From Trichoplax sp. H2 (taxonomy: Eukaryota): a DNA stretch of 64,000 nucleotides. This document shows, piece by piece, positions 13,392 through 25,823 of the stretch. The notes below the pieces were generated by a model. That model worked only from the letters and a program-made list of their open reading frames with translations. It searched no databases and had not been told where the DNA came from. The stretch is taken from positions 930,001 through 994,000 of the forward strand of contig NOWV01000002.1 in NCBI GenBank assembly GCA_003344405.1, read 5' to 3'. Made by a program: the position numbers and the translations under genes. The first letter of the stretch is position 1. Each line of letters starts with the position of its first letter.

Positions 13392-16056
13392 TCACTTTTT
13401 TTTCTTTTTGCCCTTTGGAGTTGATTGTAGCCTTTTTACATGTAAAGGTTTATAAAATTTAGATAGAGACAAATTATGTTCAGTTTCGGTCTTTAATATA
13501 GGATCTTTTGTGACACTAACGGCTGCATTATCAATATTGGGATTCTTATTACTCAAATTTGCCTCGTTATTTTCTGTACAATGAGTATTTTTCGTTTCAA
13601 ACGATTGAGATACATCAACAGTCTTACAAATGCTACTTTGTGTTGAAGTCGAAAATTTGGCCAATGTAGAAATCCAAGGGTAATTAATTTGTGGTACCCG
13701 TTCGATGATATTATTAATACAGCCGGTGAGTGAACACGATTTCTTTAATATTATTGCAAAGGAAATAATTACCTTGATTAGAATGTTATAGAAGGGAAAA
13801 ATTAAACAGCAGTGCTATTAACTGACCTTAATTCCAATTGCAATTGCACTATTAATACCAAAATGTGGAGCAATTTCTTTGCTAAGATCACTTATACAAG
13901 CTGCATGTATCGTATTGGTTGCACACAATAGCAATATTTGTCGCCGTAGTAAATTGCTACTTATAGAATTGCAAATTAAAGCCATCCTCAATTTCTTTTG
14001 CTCTAAAGTTCGTATAACTGCATTGATTCCAACAACAATATCTTCTTTAGTAAACTGATCGGGCTTGGTAGATATTTCTTGTTGATCCGCCTTAGATTTA
14101 AGATCACGGGTACTTGTCTTACGAAGTAGCTGGCTGGGTGAATGGCTACAGTTACGCAAAGACGTTTAATACAAATGTCATCTTCTACCATCAACTGAGC
14201 ATTAAATTATTTATTTATGTGCAATAATCTATCGTTTTCCATATTTAATTTAACGTGAGAAATTTAATTTATTGCATGCGCGTACTATTAAAAAGTATTC
14301 TTTCGTGGAGCTAAAAATATTAGCAGAGTAACATGAAGACTTGTCATCATTCGATATTTCAAGTATCGAAACGGACATAAATCAACATTAAGTATTGTTG
14401 CATATTGATAATTTCAGATGTTACGCGTATCATTTCCAATATGTGAAAGCAGCGTGCTTTATATTACAAATCACCTGATAATTTCTTGTAAAATAAATTG
14501 GTTATCTTCAGGGCTCAGTACTGACCTAGATGACAAGATAACGATTCGAAAATTTTATCCATTCGTTTGAGATAGCTACAGGCTGCAAGTTATAAGATGT
14601 AGCAAATATGATGCTGTACTGCATAATGAAGTTGCGCATAAGATATTACCAGAGTCATAAGATATCGAGTGATAAAATTTTATTATTTAGGATATCAATT
14701 AGTTAGGGTTTTATTAATAAAAGATTATTTTACATGGCTTAGACTACGGTATATATTATATATATATGGCCGCATTAGAGTGATCAGATCTGATAAGAAA
14801 AATTTTTGAATGGCTACCTCAGTAAACTGTAATTACACAAGTCTATACGCGTATGTGCTCACAATAGTATGATATAGAGGAAATTGTACAGTTCTACAGA
14901 TGAGTTTGTACAGAAAAGATCAACTTACGGCCATTACTTGGATTATTACTATATGTGACGCATATAGAGGAGTTCCTACTAAATAGTTTCATTAGGCTAC
15001 TATGATTAACTCTAGTTGTTACGAGTAATAATTCTTAAGATGAAATGACAGTAAAGATCTGCTCGTAATCAATCATTTTATTAATTTAAACTTATATGAG
15101 CAACTACATTAAATTACATTACAAAACCGGGTAGACGTATTTATAAACAGATAATTGTAATAGATGAATGCGAATTTGCATAGAAATGATCAGCTTGTAG
15201 TCAATTACTTTTTAGTTAGACTGCTAATGACTAACCGATGCAGATAACTGTATCCTATCAGAAGAATAATACTGCAGCTCTTATATATGAGTTTGCATAG
15301 ATAAGATCAACCGTTCACTTTTTATCTAGATTAATATAACTAGCCGGTGCAGGTTAATTATATTAGCAGAAAATGAATACTATAGCTCTCCTAGACCAAC
15401 TCCTAGTTAATTACTTGTTAGATTACTGTAACGAATCCGTACGGATTATATTATTAGAAGATAGATAGTTCCTACGATGTGTTTACATAGAAATGATCAG
15501 TTGGCACAGTAGTTAAATCATTTTTTGCGTAGATTACAAGTATTCGTTTACCCGTATTAGGAGAAAAAAGCTGTAGAAACTGCATTTGGTAAAAATGAGC
15601 TTGCACAGAAAAAGATCAGCTCGAAGTTGATCACTGTTTTACTTCGATTACTACTACTGGTTTGTACCGATTATACTAGTAGAAGGGTAGATCATTCCTA
15701 CAGATGAATTTGCATAGAAAAGATCAGTTTGCACCGTAGTTGAATCATTATTGACGTAGGTGCATAGAATAAGTAAATTATTATACGGATGTTTTATTGA
15801 ATCGTGAATAATTATGATACTATTACAGTATTCTAGTTGTGGTAGAAGATAGCTGGGGAAATTGCAATTGGCATGAGCTTGCACAAAAAACATCAGCTCG
15901 TAGTCAATCACTTGTAACTTAGATTACTTTTATGACTAACCATTGCAGATTATACGGTGAAGATATGTAATTCTTAAAGATGAGTTTGCGCTTTTGAGCA
16001 GATTTACTACGAAGTGTAGCAGGCTTTGCATTTTGATCACGTTTGATATCCGTCAT
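13392..16056 (-). CDS. RPP38: RNase P/MRP protein subunit p38 (L7Ae family)
   Basis: Exons 16056-15941 (MTDIK..KNYISSPYNLQW), 14525-14475 (SVLSPEDNQFILQEII), 14145-13827 (IVVGINAVIRTLEQ..FGINSAIAIGIK) and 13742-13392 (IIERVPQINYPW..YKPLHVKRLQSTPKGKKKKK*). The phases are compatible and the motifs match RPP38. Confidence 0.88.
14860..15990. repeat. Degenerate tandem array, ~9 copies (~110-190 bp spacing), in RPP38 intron 1
   Basis: Core atgagtttgca.agaaa.gatcag near 14900, 15040, 15168, 15287, 15477, 15595, 15704, 15873 and 15980. The last copy overlaps coding exon 1. Confidence 0.85.
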
Positions 16057-16385
16057 ATTGTCATCTTCCTTCTGCACGACCTCATCGATAGTTGGACCGT
16101 AGGCAAAGAATCGTCTATAGTAAATATTACAGCAGTCAGCGCCAAACGACTAAACCAAAGACATTAACAGTTGCTGAGATCGATCCGTCTATCCGTCCAT
16201 GTAGTTCGAGTATGGAGAGCAAGTGTGCCGAACTGTACCCGTTTTAGTAGTCCTCGACTGAGCACAGTGTACAGTGTACAGTATTACACTTTGTACTGTA
16301 CACTGTATGTCTGTACTCAGTCTGAGGATGTACACCTTTGCGGCGGCGCAGCCACATCCATCATCTTTTCGCGGGAAAAGCAAAC

Positions 16386-18682
16386 ATGGCCTCCGCTGCA
16401 AATCAGAATAAATGCCCTCAAAATCAATGGGTAGCTATTTTGCCAGGTTAGTTTTACTCCCTTCATAAATGATCAGACTGTTATTATAATACAATTTACT
16501 TTGAGCTATCACTTCATGATGATTAACTAGGTAATCCATTTTGATGCAATATCGACCGTTACTTGTTTAGTAATACATGCATGACATAACAAGTGGCATG
16601 CTAGCCCATCATCATGAAATGTAATCTATGATTCTTGTGATTCTATTCTAATCTTCATGGATAGCTGCCATCGCTAATACCAATGGAAGCAAAAATCGTA
16701 TTATAACCTTAAGACATCCACGATTTGGTAAGTAGTAATATTGCCATCGTTTAACTAAAATTGCAATACTTGTAGAAAGCCAACCTGATGATGCCTAGCA
16801 GTATTTGCAAGTACTGCACAGCTGGACTTCAATAAGAAACATAATTCTTTTCATTAGCCATGTTCTACGTAATCCTCGAATGAATAATCTACATCGTAAA
16901 ATGACGACAAAATTCGTATTTTCAATTATGTTACTTAGATATTGGATGCCAATTTTTACTTTGTCAAGAATCTCATTCTCTGTTTGAAATAATGGAATTT
17001 AAAGAAGAGCCACGATCCTGGTTTGTTAATAATACCGTCCAACAAAATGGAGCCTTATTAATATCAACACCTGTAGATCCTATATTTATGATTCTACCCT
17101 ATCTTGCCAAAGTCAAGGACAAGGTACTTCTATTTGTGCAATAGCTAAGGATTATCTTACCACCCCCATTAAGTACAGTAGTTGACTCTGGCTCATACAA
17201 GTCTCTTTGATCATATTCAGTTCATACCAATGGATCAAATTCTAATGGATGATAAATTTCCATCGTGTTCTCGGTTATATGACTGTGTTTCAGCGAACGA
17301 CTTGGCTAAAGTATGCGAATGCAAAGGTAAGATACGCTATTATTGTGAAATAAATCTCACAAACTTATGCTTTCATGATCAATATGAATATAATGTCACT
17401 CTCTGAATGGAAGATGACAATAATGGCAATTTTTATGCTAAGAGTTTACGAAAGATAGATGAAACTTGATTGATGCATTCATAGGAATAAGCGGTCTACC
17501 ATGTGTTTTTTATATTGTATGATCTTTTTAAATCCACTCATTAATTATTAGACACTTTGTACGGTACATCTTCTACATTAAAGTATACGTAGTAAAGTTA
17601 GTCATGATTGGAAAGAAACCTGTGCTAATCATCTATACTAATACTATCATCAATGCGTGACACGTTGGCAACTTAACTTTAACCAATTACCTTATTATCA
17701 TAGGCAGTGAAGATCTTTTTGCTTATCGATTGAGTACAGATAAATTAATAGGATGGATTCAAAGAAAAGTTAGTACTACATAGCTAAAAAAATTTTCATC
17801 TCCTATAAGAAAGGTGTAGTAGGTTGCCAAAGCTATCATTAGACTAATGAAAATGTCCTTGTTATCATACAGATAGAAAGAGTGGCAGATGATTTACGGC
17901 ACCTGGGTGTCTATGCTGGAACAGGGTCTCAGTCAGAAACATTTACTCGTAGTTCTAAAGATAGCAGCACCAGTAAAGGTAGCTATATGACTAGTGCTAA
18001 ACATTAACGTGGTTATTCTTATTCGTGATGTTTAATACTCTGCCATATCCAATGCCTAGATGACTACATCAAGTATACGTTCGGTCTAATATCGGATTAT
18101 CTATCTAAAGATATTTGTGCACTCGTTGAGAAAAAGATGAAGTAAAGTAGATAGATGATATTAAAATTTTACACGATTTAATAAGTAATTCTTTATATCG
18201 TATTTCCATCCAATGTACTGTTTCATTTCAGCATTACGTCACAAAAAATAGAAATGCCACCTTCTAAGGTTAATAGTATTAAATTCTTTGCCTTCGATAC
18301 GTATGCTAATTTACTGCGAAAGTTTATATTTGTTACTGTTTATTCAGAAACTGAAGCAAGAGACAAAATCCCAAGAACCCACAGATGATTACACAAAATT
18401 TAATCCGCCATCAACGTTGGCAGCTCAAGTTCAGTCGTCTCATGATGATAAGGTACATTGACTGATTATACAACGTTGCTATGTTCTCATTCAGTCGAAG
18501 CTAATCGAATGATAATTTATCTAACAGCTACTGTAACACTCATACATATACTGATTTTCATCGTTAATTCCTTTTAAAAGGCTAGAAAATTAACCTCAAG
18601 TGAACGAAAATTAAAGAAAGTAGATAAAACCAATATAAAATCAATTAGTAGCTATTTCTTCCGAGACAAAAAAGCATCGTAA
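16386..18682 (+). CDS. RNASEH2B: Ribonuclease H2 subunit B
   Basis: MASAANQ..WVAILP, IITLRHPRF, LFEIMEFKEEPRSWFVNNTVQQNGALLISTPVDPIFMILPYL, FIPMDQILMDDKFP, AYRLSTDKLIGWIQRK, and a C-terminal PIP-box-like LKKVDKTNIKSISSYFF. GT-AG introns. Confidence 0.94.
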
Positions 18683-21600
18683 ATAGGCTTCCTAAGCGAC
18701 CATGCGTTCTATATTCTGTACATATATTCGTATGTAGTAATACGCGTATGTAATATAATTTGATCATGTTCGTATGGCATTCATTGTAATAATATAATTA
18801 TTAAACCTATCTGCACAACAGAATAAGTATTAAAAAGTGTAACCTTATACTGGACTGCTATGTCGGCAATTTTTACATTCAAGTTTACTGTATGCACGAT
18901 ATTCAGAAGCACCTGGTTCTTTATCTGAAATGTGTAAGGCATGATTAAAGTATTAATTCTTTTCATAAAGTGTTATGTTCATCTAAAGACTTTACTATTA
19001 GCGCAAAGCTACGAGTATAATGATTTTAATAAATGATCTGTCAGATGCCGTGATAGATGCTAAAGGAATTCGTCATATTTCTACGGGAAGATTTCAAACA
19101 AATAGCGTTTCCTTGTTTTCACATTCTAACTTATTATTATGCTGTGTAGCAAAGGTTAGTGTAATTTCGTTTTCGAATGTAAATTGATTGCCAGCAAAAT
19201 AATTTAGACCATTGCCTCTTTGCTATTTGGAAGTGCAGCCATATGATCCTAACAATGTAGTACAGAGAATCGAAAAGCACAAAAACAAAAATATTTGTGT
19301 ATTGTTAGAGATTTTGATTATATGATTTAGGGAATTATTTTTTCAAAGGAAATTTTCTATCTTGTGCATGAAATCTTTCAACATGATCGCAGCCTCGATT
19401 TTATTTATTTTATAAAAAATGGTTGCTAGGATCTAATAATTATCCCTGAGCTAATGATATTTAAATGGTCAATTTAAACAATAAATATTTAAAAAATGCG
19501 ACAATAATGCGTATCATTAAGATACGTACAAGTCTATGAATACGGAACAAAAGCGCATAAAAAGGAAATTTCATTCAAAATTTATTAAATTGATATTAAT
19601 AGTATATTGCACCGTACTATTTTACTCTGCGTAAATTTGAATTTAAAAATTTCTAGTACTTTTAAACTTTGATTATGTATTTAGTTTGGTTTCAGCGCCC
19701 ATCATTATTTATAATATTCTAGCTAATACACAAATACCCCATTAGAGATATTGATAGGACGTAGCAATTAACCTGCCGATCTATGTAAAAGTCCTTGTAG
19801 GGTATAGCAAGCACTATTTATGTGACACTTTTGCAGCTATGAATTAAATGTACGGTATTATTCAGTTGGGTTGCCATGTCATCGGAGGATAGTTTCAAGG
19901 TAAAGAATTTTAGGATACAGGAATATCGCCTCTTGTCATAAACTTATCATGGTTTTATAGTTACCATTTGTCGTCTATCCTGCAAGCAGCCGAGTTTTCA
20001 GAAATAGTCTCTATTAATAATTATAGTTTATCTATTACTCAGTAATGCAATATTACAATTGATTGTTATTCGATGTCATTATCGATGAACAAGCAGGTGA
20101 TATCAGCAAGATACAAATACCTTTACAGTAACGTTAATTTATCTTCTGCTTATCTAACAGATTTTAATGATTTTTCTTATTCTCCACATATATGAAATTG
20201 CATGAAATGTGAGACATGGCGAATTAATCGAAATCTTAAAAGGAAAGAATAAATATTCGTATAATCTACCATTCCATGTTACAAAGGTACTATAGTTATT
20301 TTCTTATATTGAAATTGATCAAACGAAAAATTTTCAATATGAATTGAATAGAATAATAGAATAATGACTTAGCATTTTTCATCGCCTTTATCTCCTTTTC
20401 CCAATTGAAATTGGAAGGGTCTAAATTTTATATGGAAATCAATTCATCAATGATCAATTGAGGTACTCAATTTATAACGTGTCATGTGTGTGGTGCCATC
20501 ACCAACATGAGTTTAAATTGAATGCGATTGAATTTTAGACGATCCAATTACTGTGATTAATTGCTTAAGGAATCACCGATTACATCGCCATTTTTAAGAC
20601 TAGACTACTAGCTGATTGATATCAAGTTAGAGAAACTAGTGTTAAATCAATAGCTAGAAAACAGCAAGGAATTGACTACTTCAATTTAAAGTTATGTTAT
20701 AGCTTGTACGATAAGCGAATCTTTTAGAATGAAAATATTTCTATTTCATCCTTATGATTCAGGTATGGCTAATACTATCTATATGCTATCATCTTATACT
20801 TGAGTAACTATATTATAATATGGTCAAGCTATTCGTCTATTCCATGTATTAGAGTTTTATTAATTATATTATGAATTTTATCTAATTTTCCTAATCATGC
20901 AACTAGCTAAACATTCCTTTTGTGACAGATAAGGCGTTACAGTAACATCAGAAATAAAAACAGAATCATCGCTACCCTGACGCATGATCTATCTCCTCTA
21001 TTAATTTTCGGCCAAGCAGCACAACAACAAAGATTATTAATAATGTAAAATAGTGAGGTATTATAATTATTATTAAAACTCAATAGACAAGAATAATACT
21101 TGGTGATTAATTAAGAGCGAGGTCAAGGATGAGGTCGAGCGTAGGAAGTGCAGTAAATCCTGTTAAAATATCATCCGTCCAGTTATTATTCTATCATCAC
21201 GTAAAATAAAATAAATTACATTTGATTATCGGTATATAAAAACAAGATACATTTCTTCCTAAAACTGAATCGAATTTATCGATGTCATATTGATATAATT
21301 ACCAGTAAGTGGTAGCTAGTTTGGCTGGCTATTTGACTAGCTACGACTGCGCACTATAATTATTCTTATAATTTGACAGCCATTCTTGGCAGGCGTGTCT
21401 GTAGAATTAACAAGTTTCGCTCTTAATAATCTTAATAGCGACAAATTAGTCTGATGCATACTTTGGACGAGATGGTCAAATTCTGTAGTACTTTACTTCA
21501 AATTACTACGTATATGCGTACATATTCGTATTAATAAATTGTTGATCAATTTTTATTTTGTGTCAAAGTTGCGTTAAGTCGACCAGAGTGCCAAGAAAGT

Positions 21601-24600
21601 GGAATCAAAGTTTGATAGAAGTTTTGTAGTTTGATTTCTACATATTTCATTTCATTACACTCATGCCAAGATTTCAATAATTTGGAATAATTTGCTGAAT
21701 CTATTATAGGGAATGACAATTTGGTTAGCTTAGTAAATTAAAAGTATGATGCTATCTGATTTTGAATCCTACTAACCTGATAATCGACTTTAAAATTTTA
21801 ATACCCACTTTCTCTTAGAAAGAAAGAAGAAAATTTACACCAATATCACCTAAAAAACTACATTATTTGTTGCTTTAATGCAATAGATACTGCATAATTT
21901 ATATATTGATTTCACTACTATTTGAAATTCTACTTGAAAATTAGACAGCAGGGAAGATTTTTAAATTAGTGGTATTTTCTAGTAGTGAAGAAGTTACGAT
22001 AAATTAAGACTAAAATAGAAAATTTAAAGAATTTGATATGTTTCATGTAAGAAAATAATATCGAATGTGCAGTACAATAAAAGGTATTATTCAGATGTTA
22101 GCTTTAATAATGTTTACCTATCTAGATAAGCATATTCAATCGTAGAATAGTTGATATTGAAATGTAAATATTATATCATGAAGGAGATACCACTATTTAA
22201 AGTGGTTTACGCGGCAGAAAGTATACGTAAATTAAGGTAAGTAATATTGAACCAAGGATATTTATCGAGTCTATAATACGAATCAATTATCCTAGATTAT
22301 TACTACAGCAGTAAATTTTATTTATCTTACTATCCTGTCATCAAAGCTACGTCTTAATAAATCATTTATTAAAAGTTTGTATATTATGCAACTATAGATT
22401 ATCAATAACTTTATAGGCTATCATTATATGTTTTCTTATACAAAATCAGAAAATAATTATCCTTGCAAGCTTCCAGTAGCAGTCTGTAATAAGCAGTATA
22501 GCTTTGTATGTAAAAGAATTTAGCTAGATGCTCATTGCATATCCTAGTTGATAATTTCGCCTCGATACATTGTGAAGAAAATTAACACTTGAGGATAGCC
22601 ATAGATCGGTAGTCAAAGTAGCTTATCAAAATGGAAATATAGCCTTTAAAAGTCATGTACAACATATATTCATTACCCTTCGCTGTATAACTTGGATTTT
22701 AATTTAGCATTGGAATAAATATGGTCTATGAAATACCGGCATTTGATAGATTATTTTGTCATTGATCATACTCAAAGCTAACCTCTAGGTGCAATGATAG
22801 CAAATGAATAAGCTATGTATAAATATTCAAACTGTCGTCAGTATCACAGCACTGACAGAGGATTGCACAACTCAAGCTAATTTTACGATGTATGTATATA
22901 CATGATGAATAAATATTTAGCGGCTTATTTATTCATTAATCATGAATTAATCCTTGATTACTAACAGTCGCATGTCTATATAAACATATATTCCAGTTAG
23001 TATTTCTAATTTATGGTTAAAGCACACAATTTTTACATTATTTCTTTAATACATGTAAATACGTATATTTGAAAGATGAATGCTTGCTACCCCCAAATCG
23101 CCTCACATTGTCATGAGTAAATTAATAAAAGATACGTAGGTGCAAATACACTCTCGCTCGTACTATTGCATCCTAGCAGAATTATATAGTTTTAAAATTG
23201 TTTTGAATCTAGTGGTACATACAGTATATGAAAGATTAGTATTTAGACTTTGTTTACAATGGATCACGAATTTTATCGAAACAGCAATTATAAATTTGTA
23301 AAAGCCATTTAAATATATAATTATATGTTTCTAGCGAAATTTCGGCATCATCGATATAAAATCATTTAAGTTCAATTTACTTGGTAAATATCCACCATCC
23401 GTAATGGATCAATACTTGATTCTCATTTATTATTATTAACGAACTAAATTAATTTATAGTGACGATAAATTAATTGAACAAAAACCATTTGCGATATTTT
23501 TGCCTATCGCATATAATAATAAGATTGTAAAGTTTTAAATTCACTAAAAAAAGATAGATATCAGCTACGAAGGATTAATTTTGATAACTTATTTTTTGTC
23601 AACAACTACCAATAAAACTGATGTAGAAGAACGACAAGTTGATCTGACTAGAACTAAGTCCATACTGCAACACGAATATAACAACTGCACGGGTTTTTAT
23701 TTAAGCTTGAAATAACACATCTACGAAAGATCGAGGTTTAATGACTCATTTGTTATCGGTTATCAATTATAATACTATGTAAAAATAATAAACTTGTACC
23801 AGATAGTCATAATTTTACAGTTAAATCGATACAAGTGCGCTAAGGACAGTGATAGATATATTTGTATAAATGATTAGATTACAATTTCTATTTCATACAA
23901 TATACTAAATACAATCAACATGGAGTGAAATTAATACAGGAAGAAATCGATTGCAGTCCTGTAGAATATATCAATCCATTAAAAATGGATGTATCTTAGG
24001 TTTTTTGCCCTACTTTGATATTTTTTATATTATTATAATTCATTCTTATTACTATTAATAGGAATAATATTTTTTATTAAATTTGTAACAATAGGCAAAT
24101 GATTATCATTCTCCAGCGGCTAAGCTAATCAAGTTGGTATTGCCATTTCTAATTCTAGCTGTAAATTTAATATTGTATTGATAATGTAGACATAATAATT
24201 GTCGGCGTTGTTGATTACCATTTTATTCTTCCATTTCAACCCATTCTTAATGTTTGATTGTTGTCATTCTACCTTATTCCTTTATCATGCCAGTAGGGTA
24301 AATTATTGTAGAATAGAAATTAATTTTAACTTATAAATGGTCTAAATCTGTCCATCACTGGCAATGACGAAGCAAGATATTATAAAAATAGATTAATCAG
24401 TGTAAAAGATTTGAATTAAACTTATGCATACATCGAAAATAATGTAATAATGCTGTATTTGCATTCCAGCTGTATAAGTTGATAAAGCACAAAAGAACAG
24501 TAGTATTTCAGTATTGTCCAAGTCTTTATCTTCTTCTCTTTCACACATTTACTTTCTCTATTAATCCAGTATAAATTTGAATGTTTTCGGGATACATCGT

Positions 24601-24989
24601 CTTCAACACTAATAACTTGAAATACTGTTCGTCGTCACTATATTGTGTCAAAGCAATTCAAAAAAATTTGAATGTAGATAAATTCGCCGCCAACTAAAGT
24701 TTGAAGAAACCGGTCTTACTTTATGGTATACAAGATTGGTCCTATTTATCCATCGTGAAAGGCGTCAAGACGTAAAATTAAAGGTAAGTTAATTAACTCT
24801 ATCCCGTATACATTTGTATATGTTCTTTTCAATAATAGTATAGATACTGAATGCCTTCAATGAAGGCCACTATTCATTTTTGAGCATTTTCTAGCCTGAA
24901 ATGACATTATCAAATCGGACTAAAAATCTTCTTTTTAATCCAAAATCCATTATTATTTTATCGAAAATTTCCCTCTTAAATATTTTCTG

Positions 24990-25455
24990 GTGATTCAATG
25001 CCGTCTATTTTTGATCATTTAATGTGGACAACGATACTATGATAAAAGTATCAATCAAATGAAAGCTATAGATTATGGGATGAATATCTATCAGGATTAG
25101 GTTTTTTCATTATTAGAAAACGAAATCTATCCATTCTCATCATTTATACATTTACTTGTAGTCATTAAATGCATCTATTTTGCTTATTTAACTTGAATAA
25201 CGGCACTATGATAAAGTATCAATCATATGGAAGATACAAATTGAGGGATAAATTATGAAGATCCATCATGATCTGTTTTATATATTATTTTAAAAATAAA
25301 ACATAAATCCTTGTTTTCCTTATTGATACTTATATTTGTAATGATTCAAAGTTCATTTATTTTGACCATCAAAGTGAATAACGGTACTATGATAAAAGCA
25401 TTAACCCGATAGAGGATATAGACGAAGGGACGGATTATGACTTAATCCATCATAT
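24990..25455. repeat. Degenerate tandem array, 3 copies of ~175 bp
   Basis: Core (g/t)tg(g/a)a.aacg..actatgataaa(a)g.at.aa near 25024, 25193 and 25374. Confidence 0.8.
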
Positions 25456-25625
25456 TTAGGTAAACACAAGATAAAAAATTAAAATATGCACCTTCCCATT
25501 AGAGCTACAAATATTAATAATGATGGTTCAAGTTTTGAATTTAAACTATTCGATATAAATAGTAGTACATGGCTGATTTCTACTTGATGAAACAATTTCT
25601 ACATTCTCATTATTCGAATATGCAC

Positions 25626-25823
25626 CTACTAAAATTTAAAATCTTTTAATTTGAGCCATTTATTAGACATGATTAATGACTATAACGCTGTCAAGCATCA
25701 TTAGCATGAATTTATACATTCTTTTTAGTTGTATATTTCCTTACTAAAATTTAAAACCTTTTAATTTGAACTATTTAATAGATACAATTCATAATCATAA
25801 TGCTATCAAGCATTATTAGCATA
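25626..25823. repeat. Two diverged tandem copies of ~115 bp
   Basis: tactaaaatttaaaa.cttttaatttga...tcaagcat.attagcat at ~25627 and ~25742. Confidence 0.8.

Noticed and set aside
14285..14310. Possible RPP38 micro-exon (STKEYFLI)
   Set aside because: Its phase is incompatible with the next exon. Direct splicing from 14475 to 14145 keeps the frame.
14860..15990. Spaced repeats resembling a CRISPR array
   Set aside because: Eukaryotic intron. The whole units, including the apparent spacers, are homologous and degenerate, and there are no cas genes.
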